This document shows positions 13,175 to 24,706 of a stretch of 64,000 nt of DNA, in pieces. The position numbers and the translations under genes are program-made. The notes beneath the pieces are model-generated. The model worked only from the letters and a program-made list of their open reading frames with translations, ran no database searches and had not been told where the DNA came from. This stretch comes from Schmidtea polychroa (lineage: Eukaryota). The stretch spans positions 25,050,001 through 25,114,000 of the forward strand of contig CM097885.1 in assembly GCA_044892525.1 (NCBI GenBank), in the 5' to 3' direction. Positions within the stretch are counted from its first letter, which is position 1; each line of letters begins with the position of its first letter.

Positions 13175-13514
13175 CATTTTATTTTAACAATCAAGTAAAG
13201 TTCTTTTTTGCTTTCAAAATTTATTAATCTTTTTTTTAAGAATAGCTACACTTCTTCGTCAATATATGAGGTAAATAAAGCAAAAGTAAAAATAATAATT
13301 AACAAAAAAATTAACAAACTAATTCATTTTAAGAAAATTTGAAATTACTTTTGTTTTTATGGGAGAAATTATAAAAAATTTTGTTTTCATTTTTCTGTGG
13401 GAAAATTTTTATTTTTTGTGAAAAAAAATTATTCAAAGAAAACATTTTTGATTTAACATTTGGCATGGCCCACCGGAAATTTCCCGGTATATTGATAGGC
13501 CAGTCTAACTCTGT

Positions 13515-13976
13515 TAGGGTTGCCAGACGTCCCGTTTTGAGATCATTGTCCTGGTGTCCCGAAAGAAGTCTTCAGGACGCTCAATTGTCCCGGTTTTTTG
13601 CATTGCCATATTGCAAACAAAATTAAAAATTTTGGAGGACAACTGCCTGCAAAGTTTCGTTTATTTATCACACTTTTTCTATTCTTCGAATTAGCTTTCT
13701 TGTTCGATGGGTTTTCATATGAAACTTTTCCTGTTGGGTAGTTTGTTTTTGTTATGAATGACAGATGGTTAAGTTTTGTTTTTGTTTAATTTAATCTGTG
13801 GCCGTCGTGGGAAAGTTACTTTTTTATTTACAATATTTAAAACTATTAAATTATTTAAAAATGTGTGAGTTTATTGATTTTTATATTTATACTTGGTTTA
13901 TTATTTTAATTTTTTATATAATTACCTAGGGTTGCCAGACGTCCCGGTTTGTCTTGGTGAAAATCTGGCAACTCTA
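13515..13976. mobile_element. hAT-type MITE (462 bp)
   Basis: TIRs TAGGGTTGCCAGA / TCTGGCAACTCTA, an internal copy of the left end at 13927, and an 8-bp TSD AACTCTGT (13507-13514, 13977-13984). Confidence 0.85.
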
Positions 13977-14013
13977 AACTCTGTCTATATGTAAATAAAA
14001 TATTATTTTTTTT

Positions 14014-14090
14014 ATACTCACGAACTTTCGGCACTGCCTTTTTCAAGTGAAATTCACTTGAAAAAGGCAGTGCCGAAAATTCGTGAGTAT
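14014..14090. repeat. Near-perfect 77-bp palindrome
   Basis: ATACTCACGAAcTTTCGGCACTGCCTTTTTCAAGTGAA-a-TTCACTTGAAAAAGGCAGTGCCGAAAaTTCGTGAGTAT, with one mismatch. Confidence 0.9.
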
Positions 14091-14652
14091 CAAAAAACAT
14101 TGATATATTACTGATTTAGTCTTCAAACTCTCTTTTTAATAAATTCAATGGAAAAAATAATCAGTGGTGAAATTGGAAAAAAAAATTTCTTATAAAATAT
14201 TATTTGCTGTTCGAATTTTAAATAAATATAATAAATAAAAATTGTTATTTTTTATCGATTAGTTTTTGTTTAGGCGTTAAGGTTTTAAATAAAAATTTTA
14301 ATTACCTATAATTATTTTTAAAAATATTGATATTATATTATCAAATCGTTTAAGCTTATGATCTAGAAAATAACCAGGAAAGGAATATTTAAAGGAGGCG
14401 CATAAAAGGAAAGGGAAAAACGGCAAAAAGTCATGCAAGAAGCATTTTCTTTTATAAATTTGTTTATAATAAACTAATAATTATTAGGGCATTTGCATAT
14501 TTTTCATTTTTTGGCATATTTTAAGCAAGTTATGATGTCCTCAACTTCTAAATTCATAAAATAAATCAATAATAATTCAATAAAATATATTTTTCAAAAA
14601 CACACTAAAACGAATATTATTCAAACAAAACTTTACATAACTCTCCCCTTCT

Positions 14653-16894
14653 TTAAGGAACTGCCCATCTCTTAAGCCATTCAATTCGTCTGAGTTTCTT
14701 TGTCGTCCCGTCACTCAATTCCACCTGGTGTTCTGACAAAAACTTTGATATGACAAACGGACCTTCATACTGTAGTCCATCTTTGTCGCGATTTTGTGGT
14801 TCTTTCCGAACTAATACTTTCTCCCCCACCGTGAAACATCGATTCGTTCTCTTCTCTGTTTCGTTCTCTTTCATTCGTTTAGCTGCTTTCTCACTGTTCT
14901 CTCTTACCAATCTATGTATCTCAACTGTATCCAATGTCGTCTGAGGCAATGTTGAATGAAGGTTAATCTTCCTCCCAAAAACAATTTCAAATGGAGAAAA
15001 TCCCGTCGCGCTTTGTTGTGTCACGTTGATACAAAATTCTACTCGAGGAAGTAACTCCGCCCAATTTCGCTCTCCTAGTCCACCTGCTAATGATGTCGCC
15101 AGCAAGTCTCTGACTGTCCGTATTGTTCTCTCAACTAAACCGTTAGATTGATGCTGATATGGTGAACTGAACTGTTGCGTAATACCCAGTCTTCCTAGAT
15201 TTGTTTTCATAAAACCACTATCGAAGTTCTTCCCTCTGTCTGACAGACAATTTCGCGGTTTTCCGAAACGGTATATCCACTTCTCCAATATGGCTTTGAA
15301 AATCGATCTCTCGTCTTGTCTCTCCAGTGCGGTCAGACTGACCATTTTGCTAAAACGATCAATGATAACTAGCATATACTTGTACACTCCACCATTCTTC
15401 ATGTGTGCTATATCAATGACCAACTGTTCTAAAAATTCTGAACTTATTATCGGCAACAATCGTTCCTTTGTCTTCTCCTGCACTATTTTCCTTCTGCAGC
15501 ATATCTCACATACTCTCAAACAGTTTTGTATAGTTTCTTGCATGTTTGGCCAAAAAAATATGTTGCTCATATAGCTAATTAATTTCTATACTCCAATGTG
15601 ACACATTTCAGTATGTATTCCTTTAACTAACGTATTTGAGTAGTCTATCGGCACCAGGATGACATCTTTACCATTCTTCTCTAATAATAAAAACCCATCT
15701 TCTAATTTTATGTTGTTATGCAAATTGAAAGGAAATTTCTTTTTATTCAAGTCATCTTTTTTCTCTTCTCCCTGTAACACTCTTGTCATGTGAATGAAAT
15801 CTACATCATCTTGTTGCTTTTCTAAGAGTATTGTCATTGACTCAGTCTTCTGTAATGAGCTGATATGTCTTACTCTGGCTTTTTCTTCTTTTGCGTCTTC
15901 ATGTCTAGTCTGGCATTGTGCACATAGCATCCCTTTAATCCTTGATATTCCGTCCGCATTTCCATGTTCCTCTCCTTTCCTATATTGAAGATCGAAATCA
16001 TATCCGGAAAGGTTGGCTAGCCAGGTTTGAAATTGCGGGCTTATCGGTTTTTTTGTGTATCTCATGAAAACCAACGCCTTGTGATCCGTTCGTACTACAA
16101 ATGACTTTCCGTATAGATATTGTTTAAAATACATTACATATTCGTGTATAGCAAGTAACTCCTTCCTAGTCACACAATAACCTTTTTCATGTGCGGTCAA
16201 GTGTCTCGACCAATATGCAATTACTACTTCAGTACCATCTTCTTTAGCTTGACATAAAACTGCTCCGATGGCCCCAAAACTAGCGTCTGTATCCAGAATA
16301 AAGTTTCTATCCATTCTTGGGTAATCTAGAATTGGAGCTTCACACAACTTTGTTTTAAGTAATTCAAAGCTATTGTTGCAATCTTCTGACCAATTAATCT
16401 TTTTCTCACAGCCGGACGTAGCTGCATGTAGAGGTTCCGCAATTTTCGCATAGTCTTTTATAAACTTCCTATAGTAATTGGTCATACCTAAAAAGGATCT
16501 TAATTGTTTGGCGCATACTGGTATTTCTGCATCTTGAATCTCTTTAATCTTCTTGTCGTTCGTTTTTATCCCACTTGCACTTACAGTGTGCCCTAGGAAT
16601 GTCAATTCTTCTTTATACAGATTACATTTTTCTGGGTTAATTCTCAACCCCGCTAGTTGAATTCTTCTGAATACTTCCTCTAATCGGTTATTGTGTTCCT
16701 CTATGTCTTTTCCATAGACAAGAATGTCGTCGAGGTAGACAACAACACCCTTAAATAATATTCCATCCAACATTAAGTGCATCATTCTTTGAAACGTCGC
16801 AGGGGCTGTTGCTAGTCCAAAAGGAAGTCGGTTAAAACAAAATTGTCCTTGCCTTGTACTGAAAGCCGTGACCTCTTGAATTTCCTTCGCCATT
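14653..16894 (-). pseudogene. pol: Gypsy pol, 3' part: RT (YLDD), RNase H, integrase with GPF motif
   Basis: LPFGLATAPATFQ, VVVYLDDILV, FILDTDAS, HxxxxHIG...CEIC zinc finger, IDIAH/SDRG/NGLVER catalytic core. A single in-frame TAG at 15586-15588 separates the two listed ORFs. Confidence 0.95.
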
Positions 16895-17594
16895 AGTAGT
16901 GTGTATATATACCCAACAAACACAGCCCTCCCAACAAAAACATACCTCCATTACGCTTAAACCATTAGAAAAACAACATAAAACCTATGTTTTTATAGTA
17001 TTTTAACCCCATATTTTAAACAACAACCACCCTTAATCTTTAAAGCCTCAAACTCAAAAGCTTCAAACTAAAAAGAGAATAGAAAAGAAAATGGCATTAT
17101 GAAAAAGTTAGAGGGCTATTTGGGATAGGGCTATATACACACTACTTTTGATCGCAATCAAACTCCGGAGTTGATCTTTATCAGATTATTGATTTTAAAT
17201 TATATAAATTAAAAAATAAATGAAAAATAGTAAAACTGCTCTGAGGGGACAGTGGTATTTTTTTTTCCACTGTCCCCTCAACAGTTTTTTTGATCCGGAT
17301 CATTTCAACCTCTTTCGTTTATCAAATCTCTTCTAATATACAAGCTGGCCAGACTCATACATCAGAATCAATCCGATAATAGCAGCACACCTTATTATTC
17401 GCTTCTCGCTCGAATACGATTTCATCGGCGTTTTAAGCGTGCTGCTCGAAAGTACAAATGAATTCGAAAGTGAATCCGAAAGAGGTCCGAAAACAACTGA
17501 GAAATAAATGTGCACATTAAAGAATCGATCCGGGGGTGTTCGAAAGACAGGTGGCGATAATTACCGGTTCGCCACCATCACCCGTTTCAATAAT
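16895..17594 (+). repeat. Polinton left terminal inverted repeat region
   Basis: AGTAGTGTGTATATA terminus. The inner 248 bp are mirrored at 30030-30277 with 4 mismatches. Hairpins at ~17241-17280 and ~17550-17576. Confidence 0.75.
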
Positions 17595-17766
17595 TTTTTT
17601 TTCATATTTATGTTTAAAAATAAAATAATTAATAAAATAAATAAAATAAATAAAATAAATAAAATAAAATAAAAATAAATAAAATAAAATAAAAATAAAT
17701 AAAATAAAATATAAATCTAAGATACCCACACTATTATTTTCAAATTTTTAATATTATTTTATGTTG

Positions 17767-17849
17767 AAAAAAAACTAACCACAGTTAGGATTTGAACCAC
17801 CATCCATTTGAACCACTGTGCCAGTCTAGCCCACTGCGCTATCTAGGTT
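17767..17849 (-). ncRNA. Candidate Pol III (tRNA-like or VA-RNA-like) small RNA gene in the Polinton
   Basis: Minus strand: A box TAGCGCAGTGG at about +8, B box GGTTCAAATCC (plus a second GTGGTTCAAAT copy), short AACC/GGTT terminal stem and T8 terminator. It is a GC-richer island in AT-rich intergenic DNA. Confidence 0.6.
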
Positions 17850-17947
17850 TGGATTTTTGTTATTTTTTATACTGTCACATTATGAAAATAAATATAAAAA
17901 CATAAAAAATCAAAACAGGATATCCAATAAAAAATTTTTTTCTAAAA

Positions 17948-20900
17948 ATGAATTGTAATATTTGTAATAAAGTTTTTAAAAATAAAACTGGATTAATTTC
18001 TCACTTAAAATCGAAAGCTCATTTATTAAAAGAAAACAATCTTAATGATACAAATTCAAAAGTTTGTCCTAAATGTAAAGGAAGATTTCTACATTCTGGA
18101 TATAATAAACATTTTGAAAATTGTATCGGGAAAAATAGAGAAATATTTACATGTTCTCACTGTAACTTTTCAACAAAAGTAAATTTCTATTATTTAGAAC
18201 ATATAAAAGAATGTAAAAATAAAAAACAAAATTCTGACGATGAGGAATGTCATTCAGAAGGAGAACCTGATCATGTTGAAAGAGAAAAATATAACTGGGA
18301 TGATTTTAATCATGTAGATGAATTTCAATTAGAAATTAATGGACCTATAACTCCTGGAGAATATATAAATAAAAATAAAAAAAATATTAAAAATTCTTTC
18401 ACTGAAGCTTTAAAAAATTATAAACCGACAAGGTATAATGTTATAAAATATAAAATTATAATCAAAGCAAAATACTGGCGAGGAGCAGAAGAAAAGACAA
18501 CACCCTTAGATGTTGAAATTGGAATACCTTTTAAATATTTATTTTCAACTAAAAGATTTGATAAAACCATCAAAGAAATAATTCAAGCAGTAGAAGCAAA
18601 ACAAGAAGAGGTTGAAAATGAATTAGGAGATTCAAACTTAGTATTCAACTCTTTCCAAACTTTAGTGATTGATTATTGGAGAGGATTACCACCTAATCTT
18701 AAATCTTATATTCCTACACCCTTTAAATCTAAAAATGTTATAAACGTACAGAATAATGATAACAAATGTTTTGTCTGGTCAATACTTGCACATTTACACC
18801 CTCAAGAATCAAACCCTCAAAGAGTTTCAAAATACAAACAATATGAAAATGAATTAATATTTCCCAAAGGATTCAAACATCCAATGAAACTAGAAGACAT
18901 TCCAAAATTTGAAAGTTTAAATAATCTTAAAATTAATATTTATGAACGTGTTAAAGGGAAACATGTTAATAGCAGAGAAATTATTCCAATTTATATTTCA
19001 GATTATGAAGTTAGAGATAACGAACCCCAGGATAACACTAGGGAGATATATCTTTTAATCTTGGAACAACAAAATAATCAACATTATGTTTTAATAAAAA
19101 ACTTTCAAGCTTTTACATCACCAGAGAATCCAACTAGTGGAGGAGGAACATGTAAAAGATGTCTTCATTATTCAACAACTAAAAACTCTATGATTAAACA
19201 TACAAGATTTTGTGAAAAAGATGATCCAGCTTTAATTAAAATGCCTAATAATCCCAAGATGTATTTTAAAAACTTTTCAAATTTACTACAAACAGTAGGA
19301 GTGCTTTATGGGGACTTTGAATCTATAAATCGTAAACAAGATTTGGTTAAACAATATTTAAAAATAATAGAAAAAAATAAACTCATGGATTCCTGGAACT
19401 CCTCAGGAGAGAAGATGAAACCAGAGAGGATGAAAGCCTTTCTAAGAAAAAGGAATAAACCTAATAGTGTTAAAAAAACTAAACAATTACCATCTGCTTA
19501 TAAATTATTATTTAAAAGTAATTATCCTGAACTCATAGAATCTAGAGAATATACATTTCGAGGAATTTCAGAAACAGAAGTCTTGAATCATTTTACTAAA
19601 ATTATAAATGATCTAGAACATGAAATATTTAAAGTATTAAAAACAAACTATCCTCAAAATATTTCTAATCAACAACAACAAGAATATGAAAACACTTCCA
19701 ACTGTTGGATGTGTAAACAACCATTTGAAGAGTCTCCGAATATAAAAGTCCTCGATCATGATCATTTAAAAAAGGAAAATAATTATCGAGGAGCAGCTCA
19801 TAAAAATTGTAATCTTAATTATCATACTCCTAAATTTGTACCTGTTATATTTCATAATCTTTTTGGTTATGACATACATCTATTTATTAAACATTTAGCA
19901 GCAAATGCTAAAAACTCTTTCAAAGTTATAGGACTTACAAAGGAAAAATATAAATCAGTTGAATATGGAAAATTAAAATTTATAGACTCGTTAAACTTTC
20001 TTCAAATGTCTCTAGATGGAATAGCTAAAACAATGAAACCAGAAGATTTTAAAATCACTCGAGAATTCTTAGAAAAAAATAATATTCCTCTAGAAGAATA
20101 TCCTACATGTTTAGCAAAAGGAATATATCCTTATGACTATGTTGACTCGTTTGAAAGATATAATGAAACAAGTCTTCCTAGCCAAGAAGATTTCTATTCA
20201 CAACTTCAAAAAAATCATATTACAAATCAAGAATATTCTCGAGCAAATAAAATGTGGGAATTATTCAAGTGTAAAACTTTAGGAGAATATACAAGTATGT
20301 ATTTATCCTTGGATGTTTATATTCTAGCAGATTGCTTTGAAGAATTTACAAAATCTTTTGTTCTTAAACCTTACAATTATATAACAGCACCCTCTTTAGC
20401 TTGGGATACTTTATTATATACCATTTGGACTTCAAATATAGAAGAAGCTGATAAAATTATAGATCTTTTAACTAACCTCGATATGTTTAATCTAATTAAA
20501 ACAAACATTAGAGGAGGAGTCTCTTCAGTAATGGGGAATAGAGAAATAAAAGCTAGAAATGCAATAACTACTAGCAGAATGCTTTCAAAGACCTCTGATC
20601 CATATATAAAAATTAACAATGAGGAATTAAAAGAAATATTAGAAACAATGAAAAATCCTATATTTATACTTTATATAGATGCAACAGCTTTATATTCAGG
20701 AATTATGACTCAATATTTACCAATGGGTGATTTCATTGAAATAGAATCATCAAAAGAACTTATAAAAGAAATACTTTCAACACCTAAAGATTCTCCAATA
20801 GGTTACTTTGTAGAATGTGACTTATTATATCCAGATGATATAAAATCAGGAACAAGATATTTCCCATTAGCTCCTGTAAGAAGAAAGATTGATATCAACG

Positions 20901-22264
20901 AACTTTCTGAATGGCAAATCTCACAAGATAAACCCCCAACAATGAAACTTCTTTGTGATCAAACAGATCGAAGGTTTTATCTTTGTCACTATAGACTCCT
21001 CCAATTTTATCTTTCACGAGGTATGATATTAAAAAAAGTTCATAGTGTCATAAGATTTAAACAGAGGCCATTCATGAAAGCTTTTATCGAGGAGAACATT
21101 AGATGTCGAAACATTGCAAAAAGAGAAGGTAACCTTTTTAAAGATAATAATTATAAACTTTTAAACAATTCAGTCTTTGGGAAGACAATGGAGAATGTTG
21201 ATAAATATACTCATATTGAACTCCTAACTAATACTGCCAAAGATATTAAGCGTTATAATCGTATGCTAGGAAAGCCTACATTTAAAAACGCACAAGTATT
21301 TTCTGAAAATCTTACTGCAGTAGAACTAAAGAATTTTGATAAAACATACAACAAACCAATATTTATAGGGTTTTCAATTTTAGAACTTTCAAAATTACAA
21401 ATGTATGAAACATATTATAACATCTTACAACCTATATATGGTTCTAATATATCAATGCATGCAATGGATACAGATACAATGTTTTTAACAATAAGAACTC
21501 ATGATTTACAAAGAGATATAGCTGAAAATCCTATACTTTCAAATTTAATAAATTCAACTGGAGAATTATTTTCATTTAAAGATGAAAAACCTTTTACTCC
21601 TATAGAAAATGGAATATTTATTCGTGCTAAACAATATTCATACGAAACATTTAAAAACCCTGAATTTATAACCCGAGAAATTATATTTAAAACCCCAGAA
21701 AAAGAGGAAATTATTTCATTTAAATATCCTATATTCCCTAAAGGACCAGAGGGACAAGAAGAAAAACCTGTAAAGGATAACAGATGTAAAGGAATACAGA
21801 AATCCGTTGCAAAGAATCTTTCTCATCAAGATTATATAGATACATTGAATCCAAATCATAAAGATAAAATTGATGAAGTGCATCAGATTAAAAGCGAAAA
21901 CCATGATATTCACTTGATAGAATCTCAAAAAGTATCATTATCAAATTATGATGATAAGAGATTCATCCTAAGTGATTTAAAGACAACTCTTCCTATAGGA
22001 AATAATTTAATACCGATAATAAAAAATCTAGAAAAGTTGAATAAGTTATATGATACAAAAAATACTGATCTTGATATTTATAATGTTGAAATCATTTATC
22101 CCGAGAGAGAAATCGAGAAGCCTTTATATTCTCAAGTTTTTAATCCTATATGTTTAGAACTTAAATATTTTAATACTGATCCTGAATATATAAAAGGTCT
22201 AAGTGATAAAGAATTTAAAGATCATAAATTAATGATTCAAAGGTTGGCTTTCAACGATATTTAA
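17948..22264 (+). CDS. Protein-primed family B DNA polymerase with N-terminal zinc fingers and an embedded endonuclease VII-like (CxxC...DHDH...H..CN) domain
   Basis: ExoI YGDFES, ExoII FHNLFGYD, ExoIII YLSLDV, PolA YIDATALYS, PolB KLLNNSVFGK, PolC MDTDT and C-terminal YDDKRFI. Intact 1438-aa ORF. Confidence 0.95.
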   Translation: MNCNICNKVFKNKTGLISHLKSKAHLLKENNLNDTNSKVCPKCKGRFLHSGYNKHFENCIGKNREIFTCSHCNFSTKVNFYYLEHIKECKNKKQNSDDEECHSEGEPDHVEREKYNWDDFNHVDEFQLEINGPITPGEYINKNKKNIKNSFTEALKNYKPTRYNVIKYKIIIKAKYWRGAEEKTTPLDVEIGIPFKYLFSTKRFDKTIKEIIQAVEAKQEEVENELGDSNLVFNSFQTLVIDYWRGLPPNLKSYIPTPFKSKNVINVQNNDNKCFVWSILAHLHPQESNPQRVSKYKQYENELIFPKGFKHPMKLEDIPKFESLNNLKINIYERVKGKHVNSREIIPIYISDYEVRDNEPQDNTREIYLLILEQQNNQHYVLIKNFQAFTSPENPTSGGGTCKRCLHYSTTKNSMIKHTRFCEKDDPALIKMPNNPKMYFKNFSNLLQTVGVLYGDFESINRKQDLVKQYLKIIEKNKLMDSWNSSGEKMKPERMKAFLRKRNKPNSVKKTKQLPSAYKLLFKSNYPELIESREYTFRGISETEVLNHFTKIINDLEHEIFKVLKTNYPQNISNQQQQEYENTSNCWMCKQPFEESPNIKVLDHDHLKKENNYRGAAHKNCNLNYHTPKFVPVIFHNLFGYDIHLFIKHLAANAKNSFKVIGLTKEKYKSVEYGKLKFIDSLNFLQMSLDGIAKTMKPEDFKITREFLEKNNIPLEEYPTCLAKGIYPYDYVDSFERYNETSLPSQEDFYSQLQKNHITNQEYSRANKMWELFKCKTLGEYTSMYLSLDVYILADCFEEFTKSFVLKPYNYITAPSLAWDTLLYTIWTSNIEEADKIIDLLTNLDMFNLIKTNIRGGVSSVMGNREIKARNAITTSRMLSKTSDPYIKINNEELKEILETMKNPIFILYIDATALYSGIMTQYLPMGDFIEIESSKELIKEILSTPKDSPIGYFVECDLLYPDDIKSGTRYFPLAPVRRKIDINELSEWQISQDKPPTMKLLCDQTDRRFYLCHYRLLQFYLSRGMILKKVHSVIRFKQRPFMKAFIEENIRCRNIAKREGNLFKDNNYKLLNNSVFGKTMENVDKYTHIELLTNTAKDIKRYNRMLGKPTFKNAQVFSENLTAVELKNFDKTYNKPIFIGFSILELSKLQMYETYYNILQPIYGSNISMHAMDTDTMFLTIRTHDLQRDIAENPILSNLINSTGELFSFKDEKPFTPIENGIFIRAKQYSYETFKNPEFITREIIFKTPEKEEIISFKYPIFPKGPEGQEEKPVKDNRCKGIQKSVAKNLSHQDYIDTLNPNHKDKIDEVHQIKSENHDIHLIESQKVSLSNYDDKRFILSDLKTTLPIGNNLIPIIKNLEKLNKLYDTKNTDLDIYNVEIIYPEREIEKPLYSQVFNPICLELKYFNTDPEYIKGLSDKEFKDHKLMIQRLAFNDI

Positions 22265-22342
22265 TTTTTTAATAATAAAATGTCGACAATTAATTTAAGC
22301 AACTATAGCAACCTGATCTACTTTTTTAAAAATACACCCATT

Positions 22343-22951
22343 TTATAAATAAGAATTCTTTAACCATTTCTCCCGTTTAATTTTTTTAGAATATTCATTA
22401 GTTATAACATTAGCACTTTTTAATCTATTAATATTATTTTTAATATCTTGTATTATTTGATTTGATTTCATTATTTCATCATCAGTTAAGATTCCATCTT
22501 CCAAAGCTTTTAATTGAAATAAAAATAATTTAGAGATTCCTAATTCTATTGACAAACAAACTTCACGATATAAACCTTTCTTTTTTGAAGTATAAGATAA
22601 TGAAACTATTTCAGTTAAGAAACCATCAGCTACAGAAATACTTCCAAGTATTACTGGCGCAAGTGTTAAAACTGGTAAAGTTATAGGTAAAATAACTGTT
22701 AATATTGCAGATGCAAATCCTAAAGAATAACCTATAACTTTTAAAACTGTATTCCCTTTATTCCATCTATTTTTAATTTTTTTATAATGCTTTAATAAAT
22801 CTTGTAAATGTAACGTTTCTGATTTAAATTCTTTTACTCTCATAATTTCAAGTTCTGTGGGAGCTGAAGGTCCCGAAGGTCCCGAAGGTTTGGGGGAATA
22901 ATATCCTGATGACAATTCTGGGTAAATATTTTCTTCTCTTACTTCTTCCAT
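22343..22951 (-). CDS. Polinton hypothetical membrane protein
   Basis: Intact ORF in the gene cassette with a central hydrophobic hairpin (VIGYSLGFASAILTVILPITLPVLTLAPVILGSISV). Confidence 0.7.
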   Translation of the reverse strand: MEEVREENIYPELSSGYYSPKPSGPSGPSAPTELEIMRVKEFKSETLHLQDLLKHYKKIKNRWNKGNTVLKVIGYSLGFASAILTVILPITLPVLTLAPVILGSISVADGFLTEIVSLSYTSKKKGLYREVCLSIELGISKLFLFQLKALEDGILTDDEIMKSNQIIQDIKNNINRLKSANVITNEYSKKIKREKWLKNSYL

Positions 22952-22959
22952 TTTAATAA

Positions 22960-23937
22960 TTAAAAAAATAAGATTTTATTATCTGGTACCAATACTCGGA
23001 TATCATAAGAGACTCTTGTTGAGAGAATGTCTTTATACAATTCCATCAATGCTTTACGAACTTCATCAACATCAACCTTTTTTTCATAAAATATTAAATC
23101 TATATATTGTACAAGTGTGCTTTTAAAAATAATATTCTTACTTTTAACTTTATGTGTTTTATGTGAATCAGTTTTATCATGCCAATATCCATGTGTTAAA
23201 TCATAACCACTTATTATAACATCACCCTTTTCAAACTTACTATTATAATCACATTTCACAAACCATTTCATTGTTTCACCATCATCATTAAATAAAAAGA
23301 AATAAGGATCAATAATCTTTACAACCATAAAAACACTCCATTCTTTACTATTTGTTGTTATTAAAGTTGGTTCTATAAAATGTTTATATGTATGGGGTAA
23401 TAATGTTTTATTCTGTTCTAATTCAGCAGCTCTTTTTCTAATACTATGTGTGGTGTTAATGTGTGTTGTATGAGATTCTAAATTTGAAAGTCTTTTATTA
23501 AATGATGTAATCATCTCATTTATTATATTATATATTGTATTAAATTTAGTATTCATAATTTGTTTATCTTTAGAATTTAATATGCTAGTATTTAACTTTA
23601 CAACTTGTTCAGTTAACAGACTTTGTAACTTGTCAAATTTATCATTAAATCGTTGTTCGATATTATTAAGCTTTGATTCCATTGAATCCATTTTTGTTGT
23701 TAATGAACTTTCAATTCTTGTTGTTGTTAAATCAGTATAATTTTTATTAGCAGCATCACCTTCATCAATTGGTAAAGATAAATCTTTTATCTTGTGTCCA
23801 TTTAAATTTAAATCTCCTTTCATTGAATCACCTCTTTCATTAATATATTTATTTTCTGTTAAAGTTAATATTTCTTCTGTATTAAACCCTGTTTTTATTG
23901 TTCCACCACCTCTATTACAAGGAATATAAGAACTCAT
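22960..23937 (-). CDS. Putative fibre/spike-like virion protein
   Basis: GDSMKGDLNLNGHKIKDLSLPIDEGDAANKNY resembles the DAAxKxYVD neck motif of trimeric fibre/adhesin proteins. It is followed by a coiled coil and a beta-rich C-terminus. Confidence 0.55.
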   Translation of the reverse strand: MSSYIPCNRGGGTIKTGFNTEEILTLTENKYINERGDSMKGDLNLNGHKIKDLSLPIDEGDAANKNYTDLTTTRIESSLTTKMDSMESKLNNIEQRFNDKFDKLQSLLTEQVVKLNTSILNSKDKQIMNTKFNTIYNIINEMITSFNKRLSNLESHTTHINTTHSIRKRAAELEQNKTLLPHTYKHFIEPTLITTNSKEWSVFMVVKIIDPYFFLFNDDGETMKWFVKCDYNSKFEKGDVIISGYDLTHGYWHDKTDSHKTHKVKSKNIIFKSTLVQYIDLIFYEKKVDVDEVRKALMELYKDILSTRVSYDIRVLVPDNKILFF

Positions 23938-23961
23938 TTATTAATAATTTAAAATGAATCT

Positions 23962-24706
23962 TCAAACCTGTTTCAAATGTAAATACATTGAAATCTCTTC
24001 TCCATTAAAATCAATCAATTCTCCTTCTTGATTAAGAATTTTAAAATTAATATCCATTATATATTTTCTACATAAAGGTAAATAATTTGGAGGATTCATT
24101 CTTTCAACTATTTTATATCCCATAGGAACTGTGTTTGAGGGAAAGGAATATAAAACATTTATAAGAACCTGTTATACAATCGCAATGAATATTTATTGTG
24201 TTTGTATTTATTATTTTTATAATATTTTCTGATGTAACTTCAGGTGTGGTATAATGGTTTTGTGTAAATCCTAAAATTGTTCTAAAGAAACTATTATTTT
24301 GAAAACGAATTCCTATATTCTCTAAAGTCATTATACATTTTGAAGTTGGTAAATCCATTTTAATTTTAATGACTCCATTTGTTTTTTTAGAAAGTATATT
24401 ATTTAAATCTTTTATCTCATAAGCTCCGGGTTCGATTGTTATTATAATCTTATCTGTAGATTTTGGGCTTATATAATAAAATATGTTATTATCTTTAGTT
24501 ATATTAAAAATAGTATTATAAGCACAAAACCATAATAGTCCTAATTCATAATTTAAATTTTGATCTAATTTAATTGAATCTTGAAAGTTTATAGTAAAGT
24601 CTGATTCTTTTGAATTTATAGATAAAGTTCTTGAATATTTATCTGACATTATGTTTACCATTTTTTTAAAATTATCTTCTGGAGGGTTGCGAAGCTCCAT
24701 TTTCAT
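23962..24706 (-). pseudogene. Polinton minor capsid (penton) protein, frameshifted
   Basis: IFNITKDNN, IEPGAYEIKDLN, ILGF and INIHCDCITGSY. The conserved C-terminus NVLYSF...GYKIVE...YLP...NQEGELIDFNGEEISMYLHLKQV continues in another frame to a stop at 23962. Confidence 0.85.

Noticed and set aside
11969..13513. Possible DNA transposon with CAGTGTCGAACT / AGTCTAACTCTG ends
   Set aside because: The TIR match is weak and no TSD was found.
17767..17849. Call as a canonical tRNA gene
   Set aside because: There is no proper anticodon arm or 7-bp acceptor stem, so it is kept only as a Pol III-type ncRNA candidate.
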